A stretch of 63,200 bases of DNA, filler included, from Reclinomonas americana ATCC 50394 (GCA_048213135.1; 13 parts of 13 records of this genome joined end to end with filler, not necessarily neighbours in it), one strand, 5' to 3'. Shown: positions 13,032 through 25,710, counted from the first letter of the whole stretch. Notes: a model not told the origin generated them from the sequence alone. Numbers and translations: made by a program.

Positions 13032-15466
13032 CTACATGTCCTCGTCCTCCTCCTCGTCGTCCTCCTCCTCTTCCTCCTTCTCCTCCTCCTCCTCCTCCTC
13101 CTCCTCTTTCTTCACCACCTCCATCTTCACTGGCTTCTCGTCACCCAGCACTGCACGTTCAAGTCAGTGATGACGCTGACACGACACGCAACAACAACCA
13201 GGTACTCTCAGATTGTTGCTTGTGGAGCACTCACCAATACGCTCAATCTCCGCCTTCGAAAGACAGCCATCCCGAAGCAAAGTGGTCAGCAGGCCGGAAC
13301 AGTTGCGAAGAGCCTGCATGGCCTGTGTGACGAACAGCAGAAGAACATTTTGCTTGCCGTTTATCTGCGTCAGCTTGGCTGATTCCTACCACCGGAGAAT
13401 CGACAAAGTGAGACAACATTTTGATGCACAACAGTACACAATCAGAGTCCGCATGCCTCAGAATAGCCGCGGTCGTCAATCATAATCAGTGGTCTCTCGA
13501 CAGCATTCATCAGCTCGGCCTCTCGAAGACCGCTTTTCTGATGATTACATACACACATGAATGTCTAATCAGCAAGCAGGCACGTCACTGTTATGTCAAC
13601 ACAGAGACACTCACCTCGATAAATCTGCTCACTCTCTCAAGCACGCCCTCCACTGATTTGGGCGTCCTATTGCGTACCGCGTTGGCACTATTGGCAAGAC
13701 TCTTGCCGAATGCAGACATGACTGCGAATGAAGGGCTTCCAGGTCCCTCCGACGGTATTCCGCATTCATCACAGGCAAGCTGAAAGAGAAGGCGCTGATG
13801 ACGGAGGACTGTGGATTGCAGTACCACGGATGCCATGAGGCCGAGTGCCTTCACCAGTAGCCTCTTCTTGTTGCAACCCTGCTCAACAGAAATGCGGGTA
13901 GATGGGAGTGAGGAGTTCACGACTGTTTTGTCAGCCACGTGCAGACATAACAGCAGCACGCAACAAGCAGTTTCGCCAGCATCAGTTGCTCGTTGATGCT
14001 AAGCTTCGCAGGACCACTGTTGTGGCTCTGCGAAATGCACACATTGAGTGTTTAGATACACACCTTTTGCATGCCACAGCGACTAATGCACCTTGCGCCT
14101 GCCATTCTCTCTCGAGTCGACATCTTCACTCTCGCTCCCGGTATCATCCGCCTGTTCGTCGTCCTCTTTCTTCTTCTCTCTCTTCGCCGTCTCAATCTCC
14201 CTCACAGCTGTCGCCTGTTTGTCAGAGTATGCACACTTTGCAACAATGTGTGTCACGCAACCAAACCTCGTTCACCGCACCACTTGACGGCACGAGTAAT
14301 CCCCGCCTCGGAAAGAGAACCGTCTCGAAGCAGAATGGCCAGCAGACCCGGGCAGTTGTGGAGAGCATCCACGGCCTGTGTCACGAATGGCAGAAGAGGA
14401 TTCTGTATGTTGCGCTTCATCCCTGGCAAGAGTGACGATTCCTGACATCCGAATTTAAAAAACACAGAATGTGAGAAACAACGCGTGCGCAGAGCACATT
14501 GAGCGCGGGGAGGCCACACACCTCCGAATGACCACGTTCATCCAACACAACCAGCGGCCTCTCAATGGCATCCGCCAGAGCCGCACCGCACAGTTCACTC
14601 TTCTGCATAATGGCACATATGTTAGCGCTCACCATTGATAAACTTGCGCAACAAAATGGACGCTGCTCACCTCGACAAAGTCGCCCACCATCTGGAGCAC
14701 TCCCTCGACAGACTTGGGCGTCTTCTTGCGTGCCTTTTGGACGACATGCCGAAGACTCTTGCCGAATGAGTTGACGACTGCCGACGAAAGCCGTCCTGCT
14801 TTCGACGAGGGGAAGCCACACTCCTTGCAGGCGAGTTCGACAAGAACGCGCTGATGTTGGCGGATTGAGGGTCCTATCACACACGGCGCCATGATGCCGA
14901 ATGCCGTCACCAGTATCTTCTTCTTGCTGCAGCACTGCTCTCGCATGAAACACATGGGTGGTGCAACGAACAATCAATCAGCCAGACGATTTACGCAGAA
15001 GGACACTCGACTGCAAACACACGCAACAAGCAGCCTTGCCAGCATCAGTTGTTCGTCCCTGCTCATTGTCGCAGGACAACTCCCTCGTCGCTGTGCATGT
15101 ACAGATGAGATGTTGCAACAACGTGCACCTGTCCAATCATCCATGGTCATACCTTCCTCCTCCCGTCAGCTTCATCCATGTCGTCGTCTTCATCGTCTTC
15201 CCCGTCGACCCTTGAATCATCTTCCCATTCCTCCTCCTCCTCCTCCTCCCCCTTCATCTCTTCTTTCTTCAGCACCTTCGCCTCCAGCAGAGCTGCACCT
15301 CGCTTGTAAGTCCTAACACAATGCACACAGTACAACACAACGGATGCCATCAAACCTCTTTCGCCACACCACTCGACGGCCCGTGCGATCTCCGCCTCGG
15401 AGAGGCAGCCGTCTCGACTCAGCGACACTTGCAAGCCAGGACACTCGCGAAGTGCCTGTGCGGCTT
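13032..15466 (-). CDS. Multi-exon hypothetical repeat protein, paralogue 3 (3' part, at least 3 domains; 5' end lost in gap)
   Basis: Same exon set; ends ...DEDM-TAG at 13032; 13955-14700 is nearly identical to 9650-10400. Confidence 0.72.
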
Positions 15467-15566
15467 NNNNNNNNNNNNNNNNNNNNNNNNNNNNNNNNNN
15501 NNNNNNNNNNTTAATTAATTAANNNNNNNNNNNNNNNNNNNNNNNNNNNNNNNNNNNNNNNNNNNN

Positions 15567-15835
15567 CCCGTCATTGACTGACTAACACACACAGAGAGAC
15601 ACACACGCAACATCGACTCTTGTGCTTGGCGCCTTGTCGCTTCTTGGCCGACTGCTGCGGAGGCACGTGAGCATGTCCGAGAGCGCGAAACACACACACA
15701 CACACACACGCGCGCGCACAAAAGCAAAGACACCTGTGTGGCAAACCCCGAGTAAGCAGAGGAGCCTCCGTCCTGCTCATCGTCGGCGTGCTGGTCGCGG
15801 TTGCTGGAGCAGCAACAGGCACAGCAGTTGCCCAT
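15567..15835 (-). CDS. 5' end of hypothetical protein with N-terminal acylation-type motif (MGNCCACCC), truncated by gap
   Basis: MG start followed by a Cys cluster; GT donor after ...GFATQ. Confidence 0.45.
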
Positions 15836-15898
15836 TGTATCGCGCTCCACGCTCGCTGATGACTAGACAAGAGAGGACGAGGACATGAATGCTGCGTT

Positions 15899-17128
15899 TC
15901 ATTCTTCCTCGTCTTCGTGAACTTCGAGCGGTGAGTCGGCGTCGATCAGCTCGTCGTACATGGTGGCGTCGAACGGCATGAATTCCTCTGTCGGGCAGCT
16001 ATCATCGCGGACGCTCTTGCCTCGCAGCTTGCCACATCGCTGCTTCGTGTAAGAGATCATGCGCGGGGAGACGGTGGTTCCGTGCGGATTGGTGGCATCG
16101 CACTCCAGCAAGCCCGACTCCGGGCACATGTCCTGGCAGGAGACGCCAAACGAGTGCAGCCGGCCGCACCGATCAAACTTGAGAGTGTACAAAAAGTTGA
16201 ACTCCCACGCCGGGTGGCACGGAATGAGGTGCCGTGTGGCGTCAAAGTCGCTTCCCATGAGCTCCCGTGTCAGATCCTGCATGCAGTGATGCTCCCATAC
16301 GACCAGCACACGACCACCGCGCGCTGCAGTGTCGGAGAAGATGGCCTCACGCAGCTTTCGGCCTTGCGTGCGATAGGTCGGTGTCTGGATCGGAACGCCG
16401 AGGATCGAGGCCAGCGGTGTCACCGTTTGCACCTCTCTAGGAGCAGCACATACAGTGGTGATGCACCTGTAGGGCTTGCATACGAGCGCAAAGGGGCTCC
16501 TGACCTCAAGTTCTGCAGCTTGGACACGGGCTTGGTGGCATAGATGGCCGACACTGGTCCGACGGGCTCCTCTGCAAAGATCTCGCGCACACGCTCTGCT
16601 CGGTTGAGGCCACGACGGTTGAGGAACGGGTCCTTGTGCTGTGTGGCGACTGCGTGTGTGAGTGAGTGTGGGAGAGTGAGAGAGACTGACGATCGCAACA
16701 TCAATGTCCTTCTCGCCGTGTCGAATCACATAGATGCGTTCAGGGCCACTCCACTCGATCTGGTCGCCTGTGTGACGCCCAGCAAGTCAGCGAGAGGCAG
16801 AGTGAGAGTGACAGAGAGTGTGAGAGAGACAACACACATGTGGGCGAGAGGCCGAGATCAGGCGATGGCGTTGGCGGCTTGTGCAAGTGCACTGCCACTT
16901 CCTTCTCTGGCACATCAGTGCTCTCGACCAGCACTGTGCGCGAGTGAGAGCGAGCGCGCGAGAGAGACTTGGTGAGAGAGAGAAAGAGAGCGCCAAACCA
17001 TCGTCAATCAGCTCCTCAATCTGCTGCTGTTGCGTACTTCTCCTCCGTTGTCTCCGCGCAGACACAGCACACGCAGCAAGCAACAGAGCAATGATCACTG
17101 TGATGAGCAGGAGAGCTGGTCTTCTCAT
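15899..17128 (-). CDS. Histidine phosphatase superfamily protein with N-terminal signal peptide/anchor, multi-exon
   Basis: IYVIRHGEK (RHG motif), LNRRGLNRAE, REVQTVTPLA and VLVVWEH motifs joined by GT-AG introns; hydrophobic N-terminus MRRPALLLITVIIALLLAACAVSA. Confidence 0.8.
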
Positions 17129-17299
17129 CGCGCTAACACGGATATTTGATTGCGCGAGCACATACAACCTTACACAACTTCTTCCCTTTGGATTATCTAA
17201 AAGCTGGTGGTACATTGTGATTGTTGATGATCGTTATTGGCATGCGCGGTGCGGTGAGCTCCGCACGCATGATTCGTTAGGTTGTAGTAGTAAATCTCG

Positions 17300-18759
17300 T
17301 TACACGCCGCTCAGCATGGAGCCGGGACTGGAGGAGCGTGTGCCCGAGTCGTCGTCCTCGACGGTGAAATCGCTGCCCTCCTCGCTGGCCATCGCCGCCG
17401 CTGAGCTGCGGTATTCACCCATGCTGTACCGCGACGTGACAAGAGGTGGCGGGGGTGGTGGTGGCGGCTGCGATGGTGGGCGTGACCGCGACGAGGAGGA
17501 GGACGAGAGCGGCGACGCAGGCGGCGACGATAGTGGTGACAGAGGCGACTGCAGCAGATCGAACGAGCTGTGTGGCCGTGGTGGTGGCGGTGGCGGTCGT
17601 GAAGAATCGTCCAGCTGGCTCGGCAGCCGTCGCTTGAGGTCGGCCACGCTGCGCTGCAGTTGCTCCAGCGCGCGGTCCATGTCGCGGAAGCTCCGCTGCG
17701 CTGCTTCTGTGCTCGCCGCCCCCGGCTGCGACGACGATGAAGGCCGCGAGGCAGATGCCGGTGGTGGCGGAAGAGGAGATGGCGGTGGCAGCGGCGCCGG
17801 CGGCAGCGGTGACTGCGACGCAAGCACAGACTCCAGCGACTCGTGCGACGAAATCGCAATCGAGGCTCTCCGCCGCTGATGCGGATGATGGAGATGCGAG
17901 TGGTGTTGCTGGTGGTGGTGATGGTGATGATGGTGCACGCGACTCGACGACTGCAACTCGGCCGCCGACGACAACGACGGAGAACGCGGATGATGATGAT
18001 GCTGCGCGTGATGCGCAGCCGACTTGCCACGCCTCTTGGCCAGCGCCGCCGCACCTCCACTCACCCCGCGCGTTTGCGGCGACAAAATCTCATGCAACGG
18101 AATGCTCTCCATCACCGATCCCTGGTGCACCAGCGGAACGGCATCTGAAACAACGCACAGAAGAGTGAACAACCGGTAAACCAACCAAACAAGCACGCGC
18201 GCGCGCAACATGACGGCACATGCCCCTGATGCAGCAAGAACGACTCAATAGTATTCACACTGCGCCGCACGTCCGCCTCCGAAGGCGACGATTGACTGCT
18301 GCTCGGAGAAATTCATGCAAAACACACACACACAAACAATGGCCGTGAGCATGACAAGAGAGAGGAGAGAGACAGACAGACAGGTGAGAGTGAGAGAGGG
18401 GGAGAGTGACAGGGAGGGAGGGAGAGTAAGAAGTTGTGTGCAGCTGAGTCAATGCATGTCAGGAGGAATATACGCAACGATGCCGAGGCCACCAGTGGAG
18501 GCGGAGGAGGAGGAGAAGAAGGCGGCACAGCAAGCAACGTTGTCGTCGTTGTTGTTGTTGTTGTGGTGACTGTGGTGGCAATCGCTGGAGACACACTCAC
18601 TCGTGCGCGACACGATGCATTTCCACCAAGAGCAGAGGCAGTGGTGGTGGTGGTGGTGCCACTGAGCGCAGCAAGACCAGCAGCCGAGGGCGAGGGTGGA
18701 GGCCGTGAGGGCGACAGAGGGTTGCCAAAGGGCAGAGAGAATGAGCGCGGGCGACTCAT
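17300..18759 (-). CDS. Hypothetical Pro/Ser/His-rich low-complexity protein
   Basis: Long ORF 17300-18211 with a short coiled-coil-like stretch (FRDMDRALEQLQRSVADLKRR); 5' exon(s) uncertain. Confidence 0.4.
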
Positions 18760-19057
18760 GGGCTGCGCAGTGAGAGAGAACGCGCGCGCGTGTGAGTGTG
18801 TGTGTGTGTGTGTGTGCGTGTGTGTGTGTCACGCAACGCCGTGGAGAGAGAGAATGTGTCGGACGCGTGCCCGCTCACTTGGGCCCGGCTGTGTGCTCAA
18901 ACAAAAACACAAACACACATCAGCTCCTCGCACACTCTCTCTCACTCATACACACACACACACTGTGACACACACACCGCTGCCTGCGCCATTGTCGGCG
19001 CACGTTTCTCACTCAGTCACACTGTGCGTCCCGCGCAAGTCCCACTCACTCGATACA

Positions 19058-19772
19058 ATGTCACTCTCCAGGCAACGTTGCCTCCTTATGTCGCTGTCTG
19101 CCTCTCTATCTGACAGTGTGTGCGCACACACACAGGTACATTCCACCCATCAACTTTGCCAACGTGGAAGAGGACTTGTACCGATGTGGGCAGCCTTCTG
19201 AGCTCAACTTTCCCTTCTTGGAGCGCCTCGAGCTCAAGAAGATCATCTATCTCGCCCCTGATGAACCCTCAGAAGCATTGTTATGTCACACAAGACAACA
19301 CACACACATTCCCTTCTCTCTCTCCCTCTCACACACACCCTTGGTGTCACAGTCAAAACTTTGTGCTCGACCAAGACATCACTCTCGAGCATGTGGGCAT
19401 GAGTGGTGCATCGATGCTGATGGGACCCATCACGGAGACAATGGTGTTGCAGGCGCTGGAGCACCTGCTCGATGTCAACAGCTATCCCATGTGCATCATG
19501 TGCAACTTGGGCAGGCATCGCACTGGTCTGTGTGCCTCTCTCTCTCTCTCCACGCGCTGGCGTCATCATATGTGTGTGTGTCTGACGTGGGGGGTTCTTC
19601 AGGCACGGTGGTGGGCTGTTTGCGCAAGCTGCAGCGATGGAACCTGACGTCGATTCTGGAGGAGTATCGGCGCTTTGCCGGCTCAAAAGTCCGTCTGGAG
19701 AACGAGCAGTTCATTGAGCTGTTTGACACGGATCTGGTGCGTTTGCCGGCGGCCAGACCCAAGTGGATTTGA
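19058..19772 (+). CDS. OCA1/SIW14-like (PFA-DSP) tyrosine/inositol-pyrophosphate phosphatase family protein, 4 exons
   Basis: YIPPINFANVEEDLYRCGQP..LNFPFLERL, active-site CNLGRHRTG (CX5R), GCLRKLQRWNLTSILEEYRRFAG; first intron 19072-19135 is GC-AG. Confidence 0.9.
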
Positions 19773-19824
19773 GCGGCTGTTGTCGTAAAATGAGGGCGAT
19801 TTGTGTGCGTCATTGGGATTACAC

Positions 19825-21773
19825 TTATGCTTCTGTAGCTGCTGCTGCTGCTGCTGCGACAGGTGCTTTTGTCGCCCTGTCGCTGTCACCCCGGGGGTGT
19901 TCCACCGCCGCCGCGGCGCCTTCATCCTCCTCTTCCTCGTCGTCTGTGAAGCGGCCGCGCATGTCGGCGTCGTCTTCCTCAGACGACGGGACAGGCAGCT
20001 CGCGAGTGCGATGATTCGCGGATATCGCCGAGGCCACTGGTGCCGGTGCTGGTGCCGATGCCGATGTTGGTGGCGGGTCACGATTTCGTTTCGGTGGCGG
20101 CTGCTCGAGCGTGGGCACCGCCACCTGCACCACCACGTCGTCGGGCCGAGTCACGCTGCGGTCACTCGGCGACTCGGCCGTCTCTTGCGCCACGCCGAGG
20201 AGTCCGGAGAGGCGCTTGAAGGTGGCACTCGACGAGTCCACGTGGCTGCTCGACGAGCGAGCCGAGCGCGGAGAGTGAGGCCCACCGGAGCGTGCCGATC
20301 GCGGACTCGTTCCGGCAGAGCGACTTTCATCGCTCCGGACACGTGAGTGACGGTTCAGCGACAGCGGCGGTACCGTGACCGCTGGTGCTGCCGCTGCAGC
20401 GTCGGCGTCGGCGTCGTTGGTGCTCCCCGAGGTTCGTCGGGCGCTGAGTGGACGCTGTCGCAGCCATTCGCGCGTCTCCTCGGCCGTCATCAGCGCGCCG
20501 TCGCGCGGATGCTCCAGCGATTGCGTGCGCTGCGAGCGTGCCGAGTGATTCGATCGATGCGACCGTTCCGAGTGCTCGTCGCCGTCATGCTGCGAGAGAG
20601 AGAGAGAGAACACAAAAGTCAGCGCACGATCGACACGGACAGAACCGATCAGCGACACTCACCGCATCGCGCGCACGGGGCGAGCGAGACACTTGCAGCG
20701 CGTTTGGCGCCGACGCCCGAGTGCGCGACAACGACTCGGGCGGCGGCTGAGACGAGCTCGATCGTCGACTGCTGCGCGATCGCCGGCTCTCCACCGATCG
20801 TCGACTTTCATGCGATCGTCGACTGGCCGTATCGTCAATGCTCCGACGCGACGACCGCGATCGCGACGACCGCACATCGTCATGTGCCGACGACCGATCA
20901 CCTCGCGGTGTCGAGGCCTTGTTCCGCCGCCGGAAACCCTGCTCGGCCTCCAGTTGATCCGACTGTCGCCACCCGCTGCGCGCACACACACACACACAAG
21001 TCACCACCAATGGAATCGCGCTCAACCGTGAGAGAGAGAGATAGAAACGCACCCACGGACGACGACTCCATTAGCAACCGCGGGCTGCTTGCGAGCATCG
21101 CGTCGGCGTCGCTCAATGTCGGTCAGATCCGTCACCGAGGTGACACTGGCCGACAGCCGCTGAATAAAGTTCTGCGCGCACACTGTGGCGTGAGCGATCC
21201 AGCAGCGCAAACCAGCACGCAACATGGCGCATGTACCTGTCGCGCAACAGGATCCTCAATGAACTCGGCCGTGGCCAGCGCCAACAATGCTGTGTGACGT
21301 TACTCTCTTTGTGTCACCACCGACCGCCATCATCATGACCATAACAAGGGAGCGCAAACGCAACATCGAGTCGCCCGCGAGCTCTCTCGAACGCGCACTG
21401 GCGTTGGCTCGGCGATGGCTCCGTTCGGAGGCGATGAGGGCGCGTGGCCTCGGTGCTTGTGCCGATGCGCCCTAGGCGACGCGCCATGGCGAGCAGCAGA
21501 CACCTCGCCACCGCCTTCCCCATCGACGCCACTGCTCACTGGTGGTGGAGGATCGCCAGTCGTTGGTCCGCGCGACGACTTGCCCTGCTACATAATGAAG
21601 AGTAGAGAGCGGAGTGAGAGTCGGTAACGTTGCACGGATTGAGCGGGAGTCAGAGAGAGCGAGCGAGTCAGAAGCGCAACTCGTCGACGGCGAGGAGAGT
21701 ACAGATGTGCGGGGTTGACGCTGCTCAGGGGCGCAGTGGCGGCCGCGTGCGTTTTGGATCCGCGACAGCCCAT
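19825..21773 (-). CDS. Hypothetical Ser/Arg-rich multi-exon protein starting MGCRGSK
   Basis: Open low-complexity exons (19825-20590, ~20660-20975) with canonical splice sites; start assignment tentative. Confidence 0.4.
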
Positions 21774-21852
21774 CGCGCACAACGCAGCAAAGATCAGACG
21801 CGATGACAAAGCGAGACAAATGACGTGCGGCGAACTGTCCACACATTCAACC

Positions 21853-22733
21853 ATGGAGGAAGACGAGTATGAGGAGGAGGAAGCGGTGCCTCGTGTGCAT
21901 CAGAGCATGCACGTTGAGTCGTCATCATCGGCAGCGGCGGGGAGGCATCCTCCGCCTCCGCGACGACCGGTGGCCTCGTTGAGGACGGCGATGCGGAAGG
22001 GTGAGCAACAGCAGCAGCATCACGATGGCGGTGCGCGACCGAGAACGCTTGCGAATCGTGTGTCGATCTCCAGTGGCGAAGCAGCGCGGTTGCAGAGATC
22101 GCATTCACAGCAGTGCGTTCGGTGTTGAGATGCTGGCTCTTCAACTCTCTCGCTCACTCACACTGACAGTGCGCCTGCGGGAGAGCGTCTGAGCTCGTCG
22201 AGAGAGCCGAGTCTGGGAGCCTCGTCGCTGGCTGGCGACAATGAGTCGATGTTGCGTGGCTGTGAAGAGTTGTTATGTGCGCATGGATGTCGCTTATACA
22301 TGCGGTCGCTGGGCAGGGGCGATGTGGAGAGTATGGGTGGCTATTCGCGTACGCGCTCAGCCAGCGGTCTGTTGGTTGACGACGAAGATGAGGACGATGA
22401 TGAAGCTGGCGACAGCCCAGCCCCGCTGCCGACAACGTTTGCCGGCAACGTTTTCAAACTCGGTGGAATCTTTGGCAGCTCGTGGCAGAAGCGGTGTGTG
22501 CTGCCATCAGCAGCAGCAGCAGCATTTCCTCGTTCTCTTCGCTCACCAATGCGTCTCATGCAGTCAACTGCGATACGATGGTGCTGCGCAAATGTTGTAC
22601 TATAAGAAGATGGGCAATGGCGACCAGCCGAGAAAGCTATCGACGGCCGGCATGCAGGTGGATTTCAGTCTGCCAACTGCCACCAAGGGCGACACCACAC
22701 TCTACGTGTTTGCGGTGCACCCCGTGGAGCACT
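21853..22733 (+). CDS. PH-domain-containing protein (5' part, truncated by gap)
   Basis: FAGNVFKLGGIFGSSWQKR...QMLYYKK...YVFAV matches the PH beta1-beta3 pattern (G.L.K.G....W.KR..L.YY). Confidence 0.65.
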
Positions 22734-22833
22734 NNNNNNNNNNNNNNNNNNNNNNNNNNNNNNNNNNNNNNNNNNNNTTAATTAATTAANNNNNNNNNNN
22801 NNNNNNNNNNNNNNNNNNNNNNNNNNNNNNNNN

Positions 22834-25710
22834 GTAGAATAATAAGAGGTGACTTGCGCCGTCTGAGACCAACCTGCTGCCATTTTGGCACTGGCATACG
22901 CCACTGCATGTTGACCCGAAGCGGCCAGCCACACAGCTGGCACAGTTGGTCGAAGCATTGAATCCGACAGGACACTTGCATGCTCCTGTCGACTGATCGC
23001 ATGTGCCTCCATTTGCACATGTCGGGCACACGCCAGCACACTGCGGGCCCCAGAAGCCAGTCTTGCAGGTGCATGAGCCGTCGCCAGTCAAACCGTCCTT
23101 GCAACTGGATCAACAAGAGAAATGTTAGAGAGGAGAATTATAAGTGGTGACTTGCGTTGTCTGTGACCAACCTGCCGCCGTTCTGGCACTGACAGACACC
23201 GCTGCACGTCGACCCAAATCGACCAGCCACACAGCTGGCACAGTTGGTGGCTGCATCGTAACCAGCCGCACACTTGCATGTCCCAATTGACTGATCGCAG
23301 GTGCTTCCATTTGCACATGCAGGGCACACGCCAGCACACTGCGGACCCCAGAAGCCAGTCTTGCAGGTGCATGAGCCGTCGCCAGTCAAACCGTCCTTGC
23401 AACTGAAGCAGCAAGGGACGTGTCAGAAGAAAAGCAAGAGATGTGACTTGCGTCGTCTGTGACCAACCTGCTGCCATTCTGGCACTGACAGACACCGCTG
23501 CACGTCGATCCGAATCGACCAGCCACACAGCTGGCACAGTTGGTTGCTACATCGTAACCAGCGGAACACTTGCATGCTCCTGTTGACTGATCACGGGTGC
23601 CTCCATTTGCACATGCAGGGCACACGCCAGCACACTGCGAACCCCAGAAGCCGGTCTTGCAGGTGCATGAGCCGTCACCGGTAAAACCGTCCTTGCAACT
23701 GCAGCAACAAGAGACATGTCAGAGATGCGAATTACGAAGTGGTGACTTGCGTCGTCTGTGACCAACCTGCCACCGTTCTGGCACTGGCATACGCCACTGC
23801 ATGTTGACCCGAAGCGACCAGCCACACAACTGGCGCAGTTTGTTGCAAGGTCATAACCAGCAGCACACTTGCATGCACCGGTTGACTGATCGCAGGTGCC
23901 TCCATTTGCACATGCAGGGCACACGCCAGCACACTGCGGACCCCAGAAGCCAGTCTTGCAGGTGCATGAACCGTCGCCAGTCAAACCGTCCTTGCAACTG
24001 AAGCAACAAGAAGAGTGTTGGAGAAGAAAACAGGAGATGTGACTCGCGTCGTCTGTGACCAACCTGCCGCCGTTCTGGCACTGACAGACACCGCTGCATG
24101 TTGATCCGAATCGACCAACCACACAGCTTGTACAATTGGTGGCTGGATCGTAACCAGCAGCACATTTGCATGCTCCAGTCGACTGATCGCATGTGCCTCC
24201 ATTTGCGCATGTCGGGCACACGCCAGCACACTGCGGACCCCAGAAGCCAGTCTTGCAAGTGCATGAGCCGTCGCCAGTCAAACCATCTTTGCAACTGCAG
24301 CAACAAGAGACATGTCAGAGATGAGAAGCATGAGTGGCAACTTGCAACGAATTTGACCAACCTGCTGCCATTCTGGCACTGACAGACACCGCTGCACGTC
24401 GACCCGAATCGACCAGCCACACAGCTGGCGCAGTTTGTTGCAAGGTCATAGCCGGCAGCACACAAGCACGCTCCCGTTGTTTGATCGCAGGTGCCTCCAT
24501 TTGCACATGCAGGGCACACGCCAGCACACTGCGAACCCCAGAAACCAGTCTTGCAGGCGCATGAGCCGTCGCCAGTCAAACCGTCCTTGCAACTGGATCA
24601 ACAAGGGACGTGTCAGAAGAAAAGCAAGAGATGTGACTTGCGTCGTCTGAGACCAACCTGCTGCCATTCTGGCACTGGCATACTCCGCTGCACGTCGACC
24701 CGAAGCGACCAGCCACACAGCTGGCGCAGTTTGTGGCAAGGTCATAACCAGCAGCACACAAGCACGCTCCCGTTGTCTGGTCGCAGCTGCTTCCATTTGC
24801 ACATGTTGGGCAAGTATCAGCACACTGCGGACCCCAGAAGCCAGTCTTGCAAGTGCATGAGCCGTCGCCAGTCAAACCATCCTTGCAACTGGAACAACAA
24901 GAAATGTGTAAGAAGAGATGGGAATTGTGAAGTGGCAACTTGCGTCGTCTGTGACCAACCTGCCGCCGTTCTGGCACTGACACACACCACTGCATGTTGA
25001 TCCGAATCGACCAGCCACACAGCTGGCACAGTTGGTGGCTGCATCGTAACCAGCAGCACACTTGCATGCACCGGTTGACTGATCGCAGGTGCCTCCATTT
25101 GCACATGCAGGGCACACGCCAGCACACTGCGGACCCCAGAAGCCAGTCTTGCAAGTGCATGAGCCATCGCCAGTCAAACCGTCCTTGCAACTGGAACAAC
25201 AAGAGACATGTTAGAGATGCGAATTACGAAGTGGTAACTTGCGTCGTCTGTGACCAACCTGCCGCCATTCTGGCACTGACAGACACCACTGCACGTTGAC
25301 CCAAATCGACCAGCCAAGCAGCTGGCGCAGTCTGTTGCAAGGTCATAACCAGCAGCACAAAAGCACGCTCCTGTTGTCTGGTCGCAGTTGCTTCCATTTG
25401 CACATGTTGGGCAAGTATCTGCACACTGCGGACCCCAGAAGCCAGTTTTGCAAGTGCACGCGCCGTCGCCAGTCAAGCCATCCGTGCAACTGAAGCAGCA
25501 AAAAAAGTGTCAGAAGAGAGGCAAAAAGCACAACTGCTTGGAGAGTCTTGAGTCTTGACGAACCTGCCACCATTCTGGCACTGACACACACCACTGCACG
25601 TTGGTCCGAATCGACCAGCCACACAACTGGCACAGTTGGTGGTGGAATTGTAGCCGGCCGTGGCGCAAACACATGCACCATCACCAGCGACGCCATCGCG
25701 GCAGCTGTGC
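22834..25710 (-). repeat. Tandem ~298-bp exon+intron repeat, each encoding a 77-aa EGF/laminin-EGF-like unit (9 close copies plus a divergent one)
   Basis: CKDGLTGDGSCTCKTGFWGPQCAGVCPACANGGTCDQSTGACKCAAGY...CQNGGS repeated, each copy followed by a ~65-70-nt phase-2 GTTGGT..AG intron. Confidence 0.95.

Noticed and set aside
732..15466. Repeat cluster as a transposon/retroelement, or as MA3/W2 HEAT domains
   Set aside because: No RT, transposase, TIR or LTR is seen, and the units contain spliceosomal introns. The LLRDGCLS resemblance to MA3/W2 is too short to support a call.
16881..21297. Long antisense ORFs (e.g. 16881-17879, 20347-21297; also 57678-58451, 62157-62906)
   Set aside because: Shadow ORFs of GC-rich coding sequence on the opposite strand, with no motifs.
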